This document shows, piece by piece, positions 7,294-10,547 of a stretch of 10,547 nt of DNA. Source of the stretch: Promethearchaeota archaeon (lineage in GTDB: Archaea; Asgardarchaeota; Lokiarchaeia; Sigyniarchaeales; SOKP01); assembly GCA_048938005.1 (NCBI GenBank), contig JBHLMQ010000067.1, positions 1 through 10,547 on the forward strand, given 5' to 3'. Position numbers and translations under genes: made by a program. Each line of letters begins with the position of its first letter. Position 1 is the first letter of the stretch. The notes under the pieces are model-generated. The model did no database searches. It was not told the origin of the DNA and was given only the letters and a program-made list of their open reading frames with translations.

Positions 7294-7713
7294 ATGGACA
7301 TTGTTGATCTTAAAATATTGGAACTGCTTAAAGAAAATAGCAGGATGTCATTTAATGATATTTCTCAAAATGTTGGGAAAACTGAAGCTACTGTAAGAAG
7401 AAGAGTTAAAAAATTGACTGATGAGGGAATTATTAAAAAATTCACCATTGAATATAGTATTGATAATAAACCGCGTACTAGAGCTACCGTAAAGGTTGAA
7501 CCAGATTTTAAAGAAATTAAAAGAATTTTAAAGGAATTATTAGAAATTGAAGAAATCACGGATGTTTGGAGACTTTCAGGGGATTGTGGACTTTTTATGA
7601 AAGTAGAAATTCCCTCAATTGAACAATTTAATCCTCTTATTGAAGAAAAGATCTCTCAGATTAAGGGAGTTAAAATAGTTGAGACTTGTTTTATAACTGA
7701 TGTAATTAAATAG
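7294..7713 (+). CDS. Lrp/AsnC family transcriptional regulator, 139 aa
   Basis: HTH MDIVDLKILELLKENSRMSFNDISQNVGKTEATVRRRVKKLTDEGIIKKFT, plus a RAM domain (VWRLSGDCGLFMKV...ISQIKGVKIVETCFI). Confidence 0.96.
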   Translation: MDIVDLKILELLKENSRMSFNDISQNVGKTEATVRRRVKKLTDEGIIKKFTIEYSIDNKPRTRATVKVEPDFKEIKRILKELLEIEEITDVWRLSGDCGLFMKVEIPSIEQFNPLIEEKISQIKGVKIVETCFITDVIK

Positions 7714-7746
7714 GATTTTATTCTATTTTAAAAATTTATATAAAAA

Positions 7747-9117
7747 TTATTTTTCTAAAAGTTTATTGATAACATTAATCCTTTTTTTAGTTTTCTTTAA
7801 ATCACTTTGAAGTTTTTTGGAGCGCTTTACATATTCCTCATCATTCAATTTTCCCGATGAGTGTTTCTTATCAATAAATTCCAGTAAATCCTGAACAGAT
7901 GTTAATTTTGTTTCTAGGCCTTCTTTTTCATTTTTTAATTCTCTTTTAGTTTTAGCTTTTGTTTTAAGTTTGGGCGCTGGTTTTAAAAATTGTTCTATCT
8001 CATCTTCATCTTTTTTCAAACTTTCTGGTTTGGGAGGTAAAGCTGTTAATATTGGTTCTTCTTGAATACTTATTTCTTCAGTCACTTCAGAATCCTCTAT
8101 ATCAACCTGCTCCTTTGGTTTAATGGTGTAAGTAGAATCAGGGCTTTGAATAGTCTCAGAGTTTTCTAGATCAAAAATTTCATCATCTGAATCGATTGAT
8201 TTTTCAACCAATTTGTCAATTGTAGTTTTTATTGTATTAATTTGATTTTGAAAGATTTTTAATAATTCTATTAATTCACTTTTTTTAGAAATCTTCATTG
8301 AAAAATCAATGTTTATTGATCTCTTTTCAGCTGGAATAGATGGGGCAGAAGTAATACGTTCTTCAGAGATTGTAGGTTGACTAATAGATTTTTGGTCAAT
8401 AGGGGTAGGTAGATCTAGGTTTGCTCTCAACTCCATACGATAATCAGAAATTAACCATTGAAAAAGATTTAATACTAATTGAGGATGGTTATTACATTGA
8501 AAACCTCCTCCAATTTTATCTCTAAACATTTCATAACTTCCAATGCAGCAAACTCTTCCATTTTCTATTTCTGACACACAGATAAGAGGACAGGAAAAGG
8601 GTTCGGATGTTTCATTTGAATCCGCTATAGAAAATGCTCCACTTCCGATAATTGAAAGAGAACATCCTGATCTATAGCACAAGGAACTTATTTCAGCTGT
8701 AATTGGATGAGGTATATTAAATGCAGAAACGAGTGGAATATTTTCTAATCCTAAGTTACTTATTTCATCTAAAACTTGATCATTTTCAAAAGCAATTCCA
8801 AATTGTTCTGATATTTCAGATAAATTACTTCCACGACCCTTATCTCCCCCTGCATGAGATAATAATAATAATCCTCCACCTGAATTCTTAACCCAATTTA
8901 CGATCGCTGAAATTTCAAATGAAGAGATTCTGGCAAAATCAGGGCATACAAAAACGAGAATGTCATATGGCATTAATGATTCTTCTGTAATAGGTACCTC
9001 TAAAAAATTGTAGCAAGTAAAATCATTTGAATTCAAATAATCTCGGAGCTCAGTAAGATTTTCATCAATTCTTCCTCTTGGTTTATGAGAAATATCAAAA
9101 GCGATATGATATGGCAT
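7747..9117 (-). CDS. IFT52-like GIFT (GldG/IFT52) domain protein with low-complexity linker and C-terminal coiled coil, 456 aa
   Basis: aa 1-222 show GIFT-fold motifs: IAFDISHK, ITEESLMPYDILVFVCP, NWVKNSGGGLLLL, NLSEISEQFGIAFEND, HPIT, GRVCCIGSYEMF, NLFQWL. There is no signal peptide or TM. aa 235-390 form a Pro/Ser/Glu-rich linker containing a helix at 278-308, and aa 390-456 form a Lys-rich helical hairpin. Confidence 0.85.
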   Translation of the reverse strand: MPYHIAFDISHKPRGRIDENLTELRDYLNSNDFTCYNFLEVPITEESLMPYDILVFVCPDFARISSFEISAIVNWVKNSGGGLLLLSHAGGDKGRGSNLSEISEQFGIAFENDQVLDEISNLGLENIPLVSAFNIPHPITAEISSLCYRSGCSLSIIGSGAFSIADSNETSEPFSCPLICVSEIENGRVCCIGSYEMFRDKIGGGFQCNNHPQLVLNLFQWLISDYRMELRANLDLPTPIDQKSISQPTISEERITSAPSIPAEKRSINIDFSMKISKKSELIELLKIFQNQINTIKTTIDKLVEKSIDSDDEIFDLENSETIQSPDSTYTIKPKEQVDIEDSEVTEEISIQEEPILTALPPKPESLKKDEDEIEQFLKPAPKLKTKAKTKRELKNEKEGLETKLTSVQDLLEFIDKKHSSGKLNDEEYVKRSKKLQSDLKKTKKRINVINKLLEK

Positions 9118-9274
9118 TATTAATCATTTAAAATATGTATTTTTTTTAACTTAATCAATTTCTTGTAATTATTATGTTGTATTTTAATATTTCTATAATT
9201 AATATTTAACTGTATTACATGAAAGTTATAATTCTCACTCTATAAGTTATATTATAAAATAAGTGGAAAATTTT

Positions 9275-10372
9275 TTAATAAACACTTTTATCTCCAATAA
9301 TTAAGTTATCTTTGCATATATTCTCAACTTTTACATTACTACCAATGATCGAGTTCTGTGATATTATATTTTTTAGGAGAGCTCTTTTTTCAATAACACA
9401 ATTTTCTAAAATACAATTTTCAATATAGGAGTTTTCGCCTATTGAGATATATGGTCCGATTACAGAATTTAATATTTTTGTATTTTCTCCTATATAAATA
9501 GGATTCTTTAAGAAGGATTTTTCCACTGCTATGTTTAAATTCTGAAAATCTTCGACTCTAATAGAATTTTGTTCTAAAAGATACTTATTTCCATTTAAAA
9601 GTTCGGAAGGTCTCCCAAAATCCATTACCCCTTGTTTTAATTTAACAGCTGCAATTTTATAACCTTGATTCACTAGATCCTGTAAACTTTGTGTCATATA
9701 AATTTCCTTTGAGTTATCTGTTCTTTGATCCAGATATTTCTTAAGGTTTCTGAATAATGTACAAGTAGCTGTATTTGAAAATGCGTACGGGCCAGCAATA
9801 GCAAGATCTGATACAAATTTCTTTGGTTTTTCAACTAATTTTTGAATCAAATTATTATTATCAATAGTAACTATTCCATATGAATGTGCATCCTCTTTTG
9901 GTACTTTCATAACGGTTATTATTCCGTCTACATCAGATTCCCAATATTTATACATTAAATATGAATATTCATCAATAGGAATCATGTCACTTAAGAAAAT
10001 AAGCGATCCTTCTTTTTTATCATCTTTCAGATTTTTCGATTTCGATTCTTTAAATCTCGAATGTGCTAAATAGACCGCTTCTCCTAAACCCCAATAATAT
10101 GGGATACCTTCTTCGTATCCTCGTGGTATTTGTTCAATAAATGTTAATTTAAACTTTTCATTATAGTGTTTTTGTATATATTCCATTATTTGTCTTTTCT
10201 TATAACCGACTATTAAAATTAATTCTGTATTTGAATCAAATGTATTAGTGAATTTAAGTAGATTATGATCTAAAACAGTTTTTCCTGCAACTGTTAAGAA
10301 TGCTTTCGGTTTACTTAGTGTAAAGGGCTTTAATCTACTCCCTATTCCTGCAATTGGACCAATTATTTTCAT
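9275..10372 (-). CDS. Sugar-1-phosphate nucleotidyltransferase (long-form glucose-1-phosphate thymidylyltransferase-like) with C-terminal left-handed beta-helix (365 aa from ATG 10372; ORF track starts at GTG 10378)
   Basis: Signature GPIAGIGSRLKPFTLSKPK, GLGEAV, SYGIV, LVEKP, LAIAGPYAF, DFGRPSELL. Hexapeptide repeats follow (PIYIGENTKILNSVIGPYISIGENSYIENC). Substrate specificity cannot be determined from the sequence. Confidence 0.92.
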   Translation of the reverse strand: MKIIGPIAGIGSRLKPFTLSKPKAFLTVAGKTVLDHNLLKFTNTFDSNTELILIVGYKKRQIMEYIQKHYNEKFKLTFIEQIPRGYEEGIPYYWGLGEAVYLAHSRFKESKSKNLKDDKKEGSLIFLSDMIPIDEYSYLMYKYWESDVDGIITVMKVPKEDAHSYGIVTIDNNNLIQKLVEKPKKFVSDLAIAGPYAFSNTATCTLFRNLKKYLDQRTDNSKEIYMTQSLQDLVNQGYKIAAVKLKQGVMDFGRPSELLNGNKYLLEQNSIRVEDFQNLNIAVEKSFLKNPIYIGENTKILNSVIGPYISIGENSYIENCILENCVIEKRALLKNIISQNSIIGSNVKVENICKDNLIIGDKSVY

Positions 10373-10393
10373 ATTCACTAAAAAATTAATAAG

Positions 10394-10400
10394 TTTTATA
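10394..10400 (-). promoter_or_regulatory. Putative TATA box of the nucleotidyltransferase gene
   Basis: TATAAAA on the minus strand, about 25 nt upstream of ATG 10372. Confidence 0.35.
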
Positions 10401-10421
10401 TTTGAATATTATGGAATAATA

Positions 10422-10547
10422 TTAATAAAATCTAGACTTGTCTGAATCAAAAATCCTCTGTAAATACCCAAATATTAAGTCAAGACCATTTTCTTCTTTA
10501 GTAGTACAAGGAATTAATTCTGCAGTTGAGCCCATTTGAACAAATAC
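10422..10547 (-). CDS. 3' end (41 aa, 5'-truncated by the window) of a probable P-loop GTPase, most like archaeal GPN-loop GTPases
   Basis: Manual translation: VFVQMGSTAELIPCTTKEENGLDLIFGYLQRIFDSDKSRFY*. LIPCTTKEENGLDLIF...QRIF matches the G5 strand plus terminal helix pattern (hIPhSAKxGEGhDELh...hQxhF) of GPN-type GTPases. Confidence 0.6.
   Translation of the reverse strand, partial: VFVQMGSTAELIPCTTKEENGLDLIFGYLQRIFDSDKSRFY

Noticed and set aside
7365-7559. 64-aa ORF on - strand
   Set aside because: Antisense inside the Lrp/AsnC gene.
1-10547. CRISPR array, tRNA/rRNA genes, transposases, integrases
   Set aside because: No regularly spaced DNA repeats, no GC-rich structured RNA-like segments and no recombinase or transposase motifs were seen. 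The repeats in 4016-6898 are diverged protein-level repeats.

Overview
Very AT-rich archaeal DNA. The gene complement (TrmB and Lrp/AsnC regulators, a soluble IFT52-like GIFT-domain protein, a probable GPN-type GTPase, TATA-box promoters, U-rich terminators) suggests an Asgard archaeon, probably Lokiarchaeia; this assignment is inference. The window has eight complete CDSs: M24 Xaa-Pro peptidase (-), 150-aa hypothetical (+), TrmB regulator (-), half-MFS-like membrane protein (-), 960-aa double-anchored repeat glycoprotein (+), Lrp/AsnC regulator (+), IFT52-like GIFT/coiled-coil protein (-) and a sugar-1-phosphate nucleotidyltransferase (-). Two coding pieces are missing from the ORF track: the 3' end of a P-loop GTPase at the right edge, and a startless CxxCxxCxxxCP ferredoxin remnant at 1999-2076. 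The highlights are (i) a cytoplasmic protein whose N-domain tracks the eukaryotic intraflagellar transport protein IFT52 motif by motif, and (ii) a heavily N-glycosylated protein with CD36/LIMP-2-like topology, built from six related repeats of about 110-125 aa, one of which appears inserted inside another. No rRNA, tRNA, CRISPR array or mobile element was seen.
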